The notes: a model not told the origin generated them from the sequence alone. DNA of 64,000 bases from Octopus vulgaris (GCA_951406725.2 OX597827.1:13144001-13208000); one strand, 5' to 3'. Shown: positions 14,413-27,543, counted from the stretch's first letter. A program made the numbers and translations.

Positions 14413-14470
14413 GGCGCCTTGACAGCGGTCAGCTAAAAGTTTTTTGTGCATTTTGATGTCGACATAAGTT

Positions 14471-14565
14471 CCTTGATTTTCCTGATGAGAAATCTGCATA
14501 ATGTACTCCTTATTCCTTCGGAATTAGGAATATGCAGCCTTCGAAACATATGTCGGGAATAAAGG
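14471..14565 (+). ncRNA. Type I hammerhead ribozyme motif (canonical core)
   Basis: CTGATGA at 14482-14488; long stem II (CTGCATA/TATGCAG, TCCT/AGGA, ATTC/GAAT); GAAAC-ATAT-GTC; stem I CCTT.ATTTTC / GGGAAT.AAGG. Predicted cleavage after C14554. Confidence 0.85.
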
Positions 14566-14931
14566 ATATTTGTTAACTAGTCGTTCAACTCCATTCTTTC
14601 ATATACTTATAATTTTAAAATAAACATACAAATTTCCGCACGAAGACACGTAGTCTATGCCCTATGAACGTAGCTTCAACTGTGTTCTTTCTGATGTCAA
14701 TTTGCTACCCAGGTATCGGTTATCTTTCGAATTATCCTTAATAAGATAATTCATTCAATTACTCAATATATATATATATATATAAAAATTAGAAATACAT
14801 TTTATTTATTATTTTGCACATTACTTAATCATCATTATATTTCTTATCTTATAATTAATTTTTCTATAATATTTTCTAGATGGTGTAATTTAATTTTTCC
14901 TTATTGAATTGATAAAAGGTGTTTTTTTCTA

Positions 14932-14970
<39 letters not shown>

Positions 14971-15482
14971 CTACATGGTTTCGGGTTCAGTCCCACTGCG
15001 TGGCACTTTGGGTAGGTGTCTTCCCCTATAGCCCCGAGCCAACCGGAGCTTTGTGATTGAATAGGTGGAAGTTACTGCCGTGTGTGTATGTGTGCGTATA
15101 GCTGCTCAGTGCCTCTCCGAAAGAGAGAGAGAGAGGGATATGCATACATGTATATTATGTATATATACATTTACATATGATAGGCTTGTTTCGGTTTCCA
15201 TGTAGCATATTGTACTGACAAAGCTTTGATGAGCTCAGAGTTATAGTAGAAGACACTTGCATGAGGTAGTGCACAATGGAACTGAACCTGAAACCATATG
15301 GTTGGAAGCAAACTTCATAATCAATCAGTCATGCAGGCACTTATCTATCTATCTGTCTGTCTGTCTGTCAATCTATCTATCTATATGTGTGCGTGTGTAT
15401 GTGTGTGTATATATGTGTTTGTGTGTGTGTGCATGTGTATAATTGACAGGAAGCCAGAATTCTTGTGTATGTGGTGTGTGAG

Positions 15483-15513
<31 letters not shown>

Positions 15514-15571
15514 TTACACACAGACACACAATTATGTATACATATATATATGCATACATACATATATATAT

Positions 15572-15611
<40 letters not shown>

Positions 15612-15899
15612 TGATTTATTTATAATTCCACATGCAATCACATGTGAACATAGACAGATATGTACAGAAACACACACATGCATATACATGAACACATATA
15701 GATACTTACATGTGTGTGTGAATGTATGTGCACGTGTGTGTGTATCTGTGTATGTGTGTGCATGAGTGTGAAGGGAGAAAGAGAGAGTTAGAGAAAGGTA
15801 TGTAGAGGTAGAGATGAGAGAGAGGGAGTGAGAGAGAGACGGAAAGTGATACATTCATACATGATATGTACATGAATACATGTATGAAAGTATGCAAGC

Positions 15900-16355
15900 T
15901 TTCATACATACACACATGCATACATACATACATATATATATATATACATGCATACATACATACATGTACGCATACATACACACATACATAAAAGCAGCTT
16001 TATCTTTATAATTATATTGTAACATACACACATACATACATACATATATGCACACATACATACATACATATATGTACACATACATACATACACACAAATA
16101 CATACATATATGCACACATACATACATACATACACACATACATACACACATACATACATACATACATACATAGATACATACATACATACATACATGCAAA
16201 CATACATACATACATACATACATACATACATACATGCAAACATACATATATGCACGCATACATACATACACACATACATACATACACACACACATTCATG
16301 CATACATACATACATGCAAACATACATACATACGTACACACATACATTCATGCAT

Positions 16356-16386
<31 letters not shown>

Positions 16387-16797
16387 TACATACATACATT
16401 CATGCATACATACATACATACACACATACATACATACATTCATGCAAACATACATACATACATACACACATACATTCATGCATACATACATACATACACA
16501 CATACATACACACACACACACATTCATGCATACATACATACATACATACATACATACATACATAATACAAACATACATACATACACACATACATACACAC
16601 ACACACACATTCATGCATACATACATACATGCAAACATACATACATACACACATACATACATACATACATACATACAAACATACATACATACATACAAAC
16701 ATACATACATACACACATACATACACACACACACATTCATGCATACATACATTCATGCATACATACATGCATGTATGCATTCATCCACACATACATA
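15900..16797. repeat. (TACA)n/(CA)n compound microsatellite
   Basis: Directly visible. Confidence 0.97.
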
Positions 16798-17354
16798 AAT
16801 ACAGCTTTATCTTTAGAATTACATCCTAACAGATATACACATACACACATCGACGTGTGCATACACTTTCTCGCAAATACAGTCATATCCTACTAACAGG
16901 AAAAGTAACTGTTATTATACACAGATGTCATTCAATTCTAGTTTTCATTTCTTGTTACTTGCCTTGCCAGATACAAGAGATTCAGGTAGATTCCTGTTCG
17001 AAATGTTAAGCTGTATTTTGCACGAGAAAGCTACATTAAAGCTTGGATGTTATCTTAATGTCAAGATCTCTGATGTTTGCCATCTTTCCTGTGAGCATTG
17101 TTGTGTAAACATAATAGTGTGCTACTTGATATTGTTTCCTTCGTACACGTATTATGGTGTCCTGGTAATCAGTCACAGCTCTGTCATTATCACTTCAGTG
17201 TGGCAAGCTTGAGTGAGCTGATTCGTGCTGGACTGACATAAATGAACGATGATGACACTGGCTCACTGACTCAACGGCCGCCGACAGATGGTCAAGCAGA
17301 TAGAGAGAGAAGATGAAGAGCACACAAACAGATGGTTAAAATGGACAGGATACA

Positions 17355-17765
17355 ATGGATAGGGGGATGGACGGAAGAACGGATGGATGGATGGACGGAT
17401 GGACAGATGGATAGATGGACAGGTGGCTGGCTGGATGGGTGGACTGATGGAGGAATGGATGGATGGATGGGTAGACTGATGGAGTAATGGCTGGATGGAT
17501 GGGTGGACTGATGGAGGAATGGATGAATGGATGGATGGATGGAAGGATGGATGGATGGATGGATGGACAGGTGGCTGGATGGATGGGTGGACTGATGGAG
17601 GAATGGATGAATGGATGGATGGATGGATGGATGGATGGATGGATGGATGGATGGACAGGTGGCTGGATGGATGGGTGGACTGATGGAGGAATGGCTGGCT
17701 GGATGGGTGGACTGATGGAGGAATGGATGGATGGATGGATGGATGGATAAATAGATGGACAGATG
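17355..17765. repeat. (GGAT)n-based minisatellite with higher-order unit GGCTGGATGGGTGGACTGATGGAGGAAT
   Basis: The unit recurs about 6 times. Confidence 0.95.
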
Positions 17766-18545
17766 GGTGGATAGAAAGAAAATTGGATAGGTAAATAGAT
17801 GGTAAGAAGGGTAGATGAGATATTTTATTTTTATTTTATCTAGTTTCAGCTCATGAGCTGTGGCCATGCTGGGGCACTGCCATTTTGCTGGGGCACCACC
17901 ATTTGGATAAATAATATATGGATAAATAAACGGAGAGGCAGATAGAAAGAGATATAAGCAGACAGACAGACAGACAGATAGACAGTTTAGGAGATTTCAA
18001 TAATTAAAAGAGTAATGTAAAAGAAGAATAAAAATGACCAGAAATCTCAGATATGAGACCAATGCCAGGAAAGTCCTTGGGTGTCTTTAGAAATGTTCAT
18101 TCAGCTGCATGCATTGGGTTCAAGTCTCTACTCTGAAAATAACCTCCTCTTTTCCATTCCAGCAATTTTCAAAACCCTGAAGACAGTCACTATCCTTGTA
18201 TCATTTTTTGCCTAAGCCATTGGAAGAAAAATGTTTAATTTTTCAGACAGTAGAGAATGATTTGAAGGAGATTTTGTTGTTATTTCTAGCAGATCAAATG
18301 ACCACATAGTGACCTTGTTCTCTTTAGTTCAAGATTTATCTGACAGATACATGTGACAGAAATACAAAGGTAAGTATAAGATAAACATATTTAATTAATG
18401 GACAGATGTTATGAACAGGTAGATAAATGTCTCTAACAGATGAACTACAAAGACTAACAAATCTTATAAACAGACACGGTTAATAAACTGTCAAACAACT
18501 ACATGGCTACTTGACCATTTAGAAATAGAAGCCAAATTTCCAATA

Positions 18546-18845
18546 TCTATGATAATAAATGCGAAATTCTGTCTGTCCGTCCATCCAAGACACCAGTATC
18601 TCAGTCTACATTTACTTTACATAGACATATTATACCTTTTTGGAATCAGGATGACTCCAGGATTAAAGATCTGTCCTTCTTTTGGTTCTTGAACATCCAG
18701 CATTAGGATCAGGTCTGGATGGGGATTTGTTGTATGTTAATAGTTGAAAATTCAAATTTTAAAAGAATTCCTAAAATTTGTGAAATTACAAGTTTTTGAT
18801 TTAAACTAAATTTAAAGTAAAACCATATTGGTTGGGTACCACTAA
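18546..18845 (+). mobile_element. Degenerate non-autonomous Helitron-like element
   Basis: 5' TCTATGATAATAAATGCG followed by a GTCT/GTCC repeat; the 3' end GGGTACCACTAA resembles a decayed hairpin+CTAG. Confidence 0.4.
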
Positions 18846-19292
18846 ATACTTTATTATTATTATTATTGTTCCCTTTATTTTTGGGCTACAGGCCTAATTA
18901 ACCCTCCACAGAAACTACCTTAAAAGTCAACATGGGATGTAGCTTTTAATCCAGATTCACATAAAATAGTCTTTAAAAAATGAAAAATGCTAGCTAAGTC
19001 TACATTGGTTGATACGATACTTGTCTCAAATTTTGGTACGAAGCCAACAATTTTGTGGAGTGGCTAAATCAATTACATCAACCCCAGTGCTCAAATGGAA
19101 CTTATTTTATTAATCCCCAAAAGATGAAACAGAGATGAGCAGAACTTGAACTCAGGATGTAAAGGCTGGTGAAGTGATGCTAAGCATTTTGTCCAGTGTG
19201 CTAATAATTCTACTGGCTTTAGAATCTGGTAGGCAGAAGCTCCTGTAGTGTGTATACGTGTTTGTGAAAGTGCTCCTATAACAAAGAGATGG

Positions 19293-19343
<51 letters not shown>

Positions 19344-19460
19344 ACTGCAAATTCATAGCCTTCATATGATTGTTTCGTTAAGTTAAGTGACTATAAAGCT
19401 TTTACCAATTTGCACATTATTAATTATACCACAAAGAATAGTTCATTATGCCATGTGGGC

Positions 19461-19546
19461 TGTGCCTGATGACCGTGCTGAGATGTCAGATGCATTATAA
19501 AACATTGCTAGGCATGTTCTCAGCACATGAAACTAGGAGTAACACA
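19461..19546 (+). ncRNA. Type I hammerhead ribozyme motif
   Basis: CTGATGA at 19466-19472; stem II GTGCTGAGA/TCTCAGCAC; GAAAC-TAGGA-GTA; stem I TGTG/CACA. The base of stem II is imperfect. Confidence 0.7.
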
Positions 19547-19624
19547 TAAAAATATGCATTGTGTTTATTAAATAATATACATACATACATGCATACATAC
19601 ATGTATAAAGGTATATATGTACAT

Positions 19625-19658
<34 letters not shown>

Positions 19659-19670
19659 TATATACATATT

Positions 19671-19702
<32 letters not shown>

Positions 19703-19748
19703 TATATACATATATATATATATATGTACACACATATATATACATATT

Positions 19749-19780
<32 letters not shown>

Positions 19781-19791
19781 CACACACACAA

Positions 19792-19823
<32 letters not shown>

Positions 19824-19854
19824 GCATATATATATATATATATATGTATATTAT

Positions 19855-19902
<48 letters not shown>

Positions 19903-20045
19903 CATGGGTATGTCTGCATTATCATTATAATTATTTTTATATTAATTTATAACTATAACTATTTTTTTATAACTCTATTTTTATTAATGTATATATTTTA
20001 ACTTTAATGGTACTTTAAATATGTTCAATTTCTTTGTACGTCCTT

Positions 20046-20151
20046 CCCTGAAGATATTCTCACTTGTAGTAATTAACTAAATTGATTTAGGTAAATTGAA
20101 TTAAATTTGGTTGATTTTACGCTGCATGTGATGAATTGAAACAATTGTAGG
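20046..20151 (+). ncRNA. Type I hammerhead ribozyme motif
   Basis: CTGAAGA at 20048-20054; long stem II (ATTC/GAAT, TCAC/GTGA, AATTAACTAAATT/AATTTGGTTGATT); GAAAC-AATT-GTA with palindromic stem III; short stem I CC/GG. Confidence 0.7.
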
Positions 20152-20230
20152 TCTGATATTGTCAATGTATTAATAAACTTTTATTAATTTTTGTCTCTGT
20201 CCTTTCTCTTGGTCTTCAGTAATATTGGTA

Positions 20231-20300
<70 letters not shown>

Positions 20301-20508
20301 ACATTCACACACATATATATTCATATAGAATACTTTATTACTCGTCTCACAGTTTCTGCTGGACAAATGTTCAATTACAACACTTTTGCAGTTGCTCTGA
20401 TGAAGGTATTGTGCAATTATAGAATTCTATGTACATTTCTGTCTACCAGAAGAACAAAATGTCCATAGGTCCATAGAGCATATTAAGAATATATGCATAT
20501 ATGATATG

Positions 20509-20539
<31 letters not shown>

Positions 20540-20636
20540 ATTTGTGGATGCATGTTTGCATAAATATATACAGAGGGAGAGAGGGTGTATGAGCGCAGGG
20601 GAGGAAAAGTATGAAAGCATGAATGTATAGAGTTTG

Positions 20637-20669
<33 letters not shown>

Positions 20670-20675
<6 letters not shown>

Positions 20676-20862
20676 CAGATTAAAGACTGAACACGAAAAG
20701 TGGACAGTCAACATGCTAGATATAGACGTCAAATCGCCATTCTCCACAAAGAGTATGTTCTCTTTATTTGAGAACATACTCTTTGTGGAGAATGGCGATT
20801 TGACGTCTATATCTAGCATGTTGACTGTCCACTTTTTGTGTTCAGTCCTTAATTTGTATGTA
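20670..20862. repeat. Inverted repeat, ~92-bp arms, 7-nt spacer
   Basis: ..CAAAGAGTATGTTCTC-TTTATTT-GAGAACATACTCTTTG..; 3 mismatches seen in the outer arms. An unpaired tail to ~20948 follows, and both ends abut (TA)n. Confidence 0.95.
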
Positions 20863-20940
20863 AAAATAATTTAATCTTTGGATTCTTTTTAATATGCTAG
20901 ACCACTGGTTTTAATTGACTAATATCAATTTCTACCCTTA

Positions 20941-20998
<58 letters not shown>

Positions 20999-21148
20999 TC
21001 GCCATACTAATATGGCATTCTTATAAAAATAAGAAAAAAGCTGTCCGCTTATTAGCTCCATGAGGCCATCGCCTTAAGTTAGCTATTTGATACACAAACT
21101 GTATCCATATAACCTTCGAACAAGGGAGGTCAGTCGCTCCACACTACT

Positions 21149-21210
21149 TGACCGGCAGCTACAGACGCGTTTCGGGGTATTGCCCCTTTTCAATGCAGCG
21201 TAGCCAGCCA
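21149..21210 (-). ncRNA. Minimal type I hammerhead (U3-A8 variant), copy 1
   Basis: Reverse complement reads CTGCA TTGAAAA GGGG CAATA CCCC GAAAC GC GTC TGTAG. Confidence 0.75.
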
Positions 21211-21510
21211 GTAGGTGTCACTTCCGACAATCTCTGTTCGATGGTTTTATTTACCTAGTTTCGGTGGAATACATCCACTTGTTTTCAATAATAGAAATAT
21301 TAAAATAACTAAGTCTCTCTAAAAGAGAACAGCGGCAGCGTTCCCGGAAAATAATAGTTATCGCCATACTAATATGGCATTCTTATAAAAATAAGAAAAA
21401 AGCTGTCCGCTTATTAGCTCCATGAGGCCATCGACTTAAGTTAGCTATTTGATACACAAACTGTATCCATATAACCTTCGAACAAGGGAGGTCAGTCGCT
21501 CCACACTACT

Positions 21511-21572
21511 TGACCGGCAGCTACAGAGCGATTTCGGGGTATTGCCCCTTTTCAATGCAGCGTAGCCAGCCA
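21511..21572 (-). ncRNA. Hammerhead copy 2, stem III disrupted
   Basis: GAAATCGCTC replaces GAAACGCGTC. Confidence 0.5.
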
Positions 21573-22128
21573 GTAGGTGTCGCTTCCGACAATCTCTGTT
21601 CGATGGTTTTATTTACCTAGTTTCGGTGGAATACATCCACTTGTTTTCAATAATAGAAATATTAAAATAACTAAGTCTCTAAAAGAGAACAGCGGCAGCG
21701 TTCCCGGAAAATAATAGTTATCGCCATACTAATATGGCATTCTTATAAAAATAAGAAAAAAGCTGTCCGCTTATTAGCTCCATGAGGCCATCGCCTTAAG
21801 TTAGCTATTTGATACACAAACTGTCAAGTAGTGTGGAGCGACTGACCTCCCTTGTTCGAAGGTTATATGGATACAGTTTGTGTATCAAATAGCTAACTTA
21901 AGGCGATGATGGCCTCATGGAGCTAATAAGCGGACAGCTTTTTTCTTATTTTTATAAGAATGCCATATTAGTATGGCGATAACTATTATTTTCCGGAACG
22001 CTGCCGCTGTTCTCTTTTAGAGAGACTTAGTTATTTTAATATTTCTATTATTGAAAACAAGTGGATGTATTCCACCGAAACTAGGTAAATAAAACCATCG
22101 AACAGAGATTGTCGGAAGCGACACCTAC

Positions 22129-22190
22129 TGGCTGGCTACACTGCATTGAAAAGGGGCAATACCCCGAAACGCGTCTGTAGCTGCCGGTCA
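22129..22190 (+). ncRNA. Minimal type I hammerhead (U3-A8 variant), copy 3
   Basis: Stem I TGGCTGGC..CTGCA / TGTAG..GCCGGTCA; core TTGAAAA at 22146-22152; stem II GGGG/CCCC; GAAACGCGTC. Predicted cleavage after C22175. Confidence 0.78.
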
Positions 22191-22406
22191 AGCAGTGTGG
22201 AGCGACTGACCTCCCTTGTTCGAAGGTTATATGGATACAGTTTGTGTATCAAATAGCTAACTTAAGGCGATGGCCTCATGGAGCTAATAAGCGGACAGCT
22301 TTTTTCTTATTTTTATAAGAATGCCATATTAGTATGGCGATAACTATTATTTTCCGGAACGCTGCCGCTGTTCTCTTTTAGAGAGACTTAGTTATTTTAA
22401 TATTTC

Positions 22407-22513
<107 letters not shown>

Positions 22514-22539
22514 CATGATGATGATGATGATATATATAA

Positions 22540-22576
<37 letters not shown>

Positions 22577-23208
22577 TGTGAAGCCAGAAGGCTTCACAGA
22601 CCCCAGTAGAACCGTCAAACCCATGCTAGCATGGAAAACGGACGCTAAACGATGATGATGATGATGATGATGATACACACACATGATTCTTGTGTTCTGT
22701 GTCCAAACAAATCTCTTTACTTTTCTTTTTTTTCTTTCATATTTTTTTGGTTGCAGATTTTTTTTTTTCTACGTAAATTATATTAAAAGCCCAAACTATA
22801 ACATATACACCAGTATATTAGCCTTGAACAGCTTTATTACCTGCAAGACAGCTTGCTTTACCATTCCGAAACAAGATTCCACCCTCATAACAATATTCAA
22901 TTTAGCTTGTTGATATCTGCTCGTTGTCATGGTTACATGATTTAAACAACTTTGAGTTTAATTTGCAAAAATTAAATCAATACTAATGTTATTTTATTTA
23001 CCCTCCGGAAATGTTGGAGAAAATATATTTTTGTTTGATTTTTTTTCTTCATTTTTATTTAATTTATATTTTTCTATTTTTTTCTCTGTATTTATATATA
23101 TGTGTGTGTGTAGGGGTCTCTATGTATGTATGCATGTGTGTGTGTGTGCATCTGTGTGTCTGTGTGTGTTTATTTTATTATATTTTCCTTAGTGAGCAAT
23201 AAATTGCA

Positions 23209-23252
<44 letters not shown>

Positions 23253-23926
23253 ATAATAATAATAATAATAATAATGATGAAAATAGTAATAATAATAACA
23301 ACAATCATAATAATCACAACAACAACAGCTACAACAATATTTTCTGTTAGAAGTTGCACATCAGTGCACATTTTGCAAAGAAAGAAGAAAAGTAAAACTA
23401 ATGGATGTATCCTAGTCTTTGGTTTCCAATATGCGTTAGATTTTTCATGAAATATAATATATATTAAAGGTACGGGGTATGGGCGTACATACAAAGGAGT
23501 ATGTACGAATATAATGAATACATATATGCTTGTATGTGCATACATATGTACGCAGTCCAGTAGCTATGAAAGTATTTGTAAATCAATTTGCATGTCTGTT
23601 CACTCATTAATACAATCACAGACATCTATGTGCATGCGTGTATGTTGTGTATATACATATGCATACATATATACATATATGTGTGTGTGTGTGTGTGTAT
23701 GGGTGTATATATATATGTGTGTGCATATATATATATGAATATACACACACATATATATATACATATGCATGTATGTATACATATATATATATATACATAG
23801 ATATATATATACATATAAATATATGCATGTATATACATACATATATACATACATATATAAAGAATATATATGTGTGTGTTTGTGTGTGTGCATGTGTGTA
23901 TATACATATATATACATACACATATA

Positions 23927-23975
<49 letters not shown>

Positions 23976-23976
23976 G

Positions 23977-24008
<32 letters not shown>

Positions 24009-24312
24009 CATAAATATGGATACTTTATGTGAAAACAGGTATGAGTTGTTGACATAAGTTTTCATGTAACCAACACCAGCATGGAAAATGGACATAAAGT
24101 TGATGATTATGATATACATTTATGTGCACAGGCAAAAGAACAGGCACACAGTGCATGGCAAAGAGTATATATTCATAGGTCAAGAACTGTTATAAGTGTT
24201 TATTACTCATAGTTTCATAGATATGTAACAAATTGCTCAGATGATCACCATAACACTTCTAAAGATCACGTAAGATACATATATATGAAACGCTGAGCAA
24301 TGTCAATTGTAT

Positions 24313-24729
24313 ACTCTTTTTACTCTTTTACTTGTTTCAGTCATTTGACTGCGGCCATGCTGGAGCACTGCCTTCAGTTGAGCAAATTGACCCCGGGTCT
24401 TATTCTTTGTAAGCCCAGTACTTATTCTATCGGCCTCTTTTGCCAAACTGCTAAGTGACGGGGATGTAAACACACCAGCATCGGTTGTCAAGCAATGCTA
24501 GGGGGACAAACACAGACAAACACAACACACACACACATACACATATATATATACGTACATATATACGACAGGCTTCTTTCAGTTTCCGTCTACCAAATCC
24601 ACTCACAAGGCATTGGTCGGCCCGGAGCTATAGCAGAAGACACTTGCCCAAGATGCCACGCAGTGGGATTGAACCCGGAACCATGCGGTTGGTTAGCAAG
24701 CTACTTACCACACAGCCACTCCTGCGCCT
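24313..24729 (-). mobile_element. SINE family A
   Basis: Full-length match. Confidence 0.9.
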
Positions 24730-24779
24730 ATGTACCTTAATTTTTTAGTATAGGCAAATAGCATGCTAGCTTGTTATTA

Positions 24780-24955
24780 GACAAGCTGCCAGACGAGATG
24801 GTGAAGATGCCGACAACCGCTTTGTTCAAAGCCTCCCTGGACCTCAAGTGGCCTGAACTCTTTACATGAACACCACCCTGTACTTAACTCCATGTCCCCC
24901 TACATGGCCTTGCTATTTGCTTTTGAGCCAAATTAACTAACTAACTAACTAACTA
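24780..24955 (+). mobile_element. 3' end of a CR1/L2-group LINE
   Basis: Encodes KLPDEMVKMPTTALFKASLDLKWPELFT* (cf. the WNxLP..FKxxLD ORF2 terminus), then a short 3' UTR and a (TAAC)n tail. Confidence 0.7.
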
Positions 24956-25215
24956 GAAGTATCTATCTGGGTTGGTATCAAGAAGGTCATCCAACTACAA
25001 AATCTCTGGTTCAAAATGTCCCATTCTGCCCATTCCAGTATAGAGATAAAGATATCAAACTGGTTATGATGATGAAAATATTCTTTTATTCTTTTACAAT
25101 TTTCAGTCATTTGACTGCCGCCATGCTGGAGCACTGCCTTAAGAAAAAATAGGTAATGGGCATGTACGCCATATTATGGGGGATTTTGCTCCTTCATCAG
25201 TGAATGAATATATTA

Positions 25216-25252
<37 letters not shown>

Positions 25253-25414
25253 GAGAGATCGATAGACAGACAGACAGACAGATAGATAGATAGATAGATA
25301 GATAGATGGATGGATGGATGGATGGATAGATAGATAGCTAGATAGACAGGCAGATAGATAGATAGAGACTGACTGATAGACAGATAAATAGATGGATAGA
25401 TATAGATACATATT

Positions 25415-25445
<31 letters not shown>

Positions 25446-26076
25446 TTATATATATATATATATATGTACACACACATATACATGCATACATTCATACATA
25501 TATATATATACATATATAGGGAGAATTCACAAAAAAACAAAAAACGAAGACAGGTGGTGTAGACAACAAACAGGTGTATTAGTATAACACTCGGGAAGTG
25601 AAAAAGTCTTTAACATTTCGAGCCTATGCTCTTCCACAGAAAGGAACACAGAAAGAAACAAGGAGAGAAAAGAAGAATGTGTAGTGGCTAGCAATCTATC
25701 ATGGTGACAAATATACACACAACGTTGGACAACTCTCATAGTGATGACATCTAGTGGGGCAGAAACAGGTGTCCCTGATAGTCCTCTTACCTCCTATCAA
25801 TAAGCTTGTTCTTTTCCTTAATGGCATAGCAAATTTAGAAGAATCTTGCCTATTGATAATATCTCGCCTACTCATTTAGTGCTGGTCTTAATAACCATTT
25901 GCAAATTTCTGCACATCATCTAGATGCAGATAACTTTAAGATCAAGAACTTTTATTGTATAGCTTTTAATAAACCTGTATTTCTCTAAGTTGTGTGTGTG
26001 TGCATCTGCACATATGCAATGCATTATATCATTATATGCATATACATATGCAATATATTATATAGATAAGCGTATA

Positions 26077-26858
26077 TTCTTTTCTACTCTAGGCTCAAAG
26101 CCTGAAATTTTTGGGAAGGGGGCCAGTCGATTAGATCAACCCCAGTATGCAACTGGTACTTAATTTATCGACCCTGAAAGGATGAAAGGCAAAGTCGACC
26201 TCAGCAGAATTTGAACTCAGAACTTAAAGATAGACGAAATACTGCTAATCATTTCACCTGACGTGCTAACGTTTCTGCCAGCTCGCCGCCTTAGATAAGC
26301 TAATATTAAATTACATAGGCAACAGGTATATATCACTAAATATATGCATGTACATTTTGCAGTGTATGAAATTTTATATACATGCATACATACATCCCTG
26401 TGTGTGTAAATGTGTGTATGAGCATTTATATCGAAATATGCATATTTGCAAATGCATGTGCAGATGTGGCTGTGTAAGTGCAGGTGTGGCTGTGTGATAA
26501 GAAGCTTGCAACCCAGCCACATGCTTTCAGGTTCAGCCTCACTGTGTGACACCTTGGGCAGGTGTCTTCTGTAGCCTCAGGTGTCTTCTATAGCCTTGTG
26601 AGTGGATTTAGAAGAGAGAAACTGAAAGAAGCCTATTTCTTTATTACCCACAAGGGGCTAAACATAGAGGGGACAAACAGGACAGACGTAGGTATTAAGT
26701 CGATTACATCGACCCCAGTGCGGAACTGGTACTTAATTTATTGACCCCGAAAGGATGAAAGGCAAAGTCAACCTCGGCGGAATTTGAACTCACAACGTAA
26801 CGACAACCAAAATACCGCTAAGTATTTCATCCGGTGTGCTAACATTTCTGCCAGCCTG

Positions 26859-26902
<44 letters not shown>

Positions 26903-27152
26903 ATGCTCACACTTTGTGTGCCTTTGTGTGTGTGTTTTTGTACCCCACCACCACTCCACAACCAGAGTTGGTTTGTTTGCATCACCGTGACTTAGCAGTT
27001 TAGCAAATGAGACTAATTAAATAAGAATGAGGTTTAAAAAGGAAAAAGGAAGAATTAGTATTGTGTTCAATTTGTTCAGTTAAAAAACTCCTCAAGGAAG
27101 TGCCCCAGCATGGCCCCAAAACTAACGACTGAAACAAGTAAAAGATAAAAGA
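26077..27152. mobile_element. SINE B (26077-26292, -) and SINE A (+, 26480-27152) interrupted by SINE B (-, 26633-26856)
   Basis: The family A sequence breaks at GAAGCC and resumes after the B copy. Confidence 0.8.
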
Positions 27153-27347
27153 TACAAGCATGGGTATTAATTCCTTGTGAATTTATATACAAAGTTTTGA
27201 ACTCCATATCAAACTTGGAATATTATGGATAATTATTTTTTCAGTGAATCAGGCAGGATGAAAGGCAAATTTTGGATCACATATCAGCAAGGCATTGAAC
27301 TAAGAGGAATGAATCATCAGGCATTCTTAGATGTGTGTGCATGCATG

Positions 27348-27398
<51 letters not shown>

Positions 27399-27543
27399 GT
27401 GCGTGTGTGTGTAAGTGCCTGTATGCATCTGTGTGTGTATGTATGTAAAAATCAATTCATATGCTTTCAGTTTCACAGAATTAGATGTTCAGATTGCTAG
27501 AGATTCCTAGATGGAGATTGAATCAATTAATATTATATATTTA

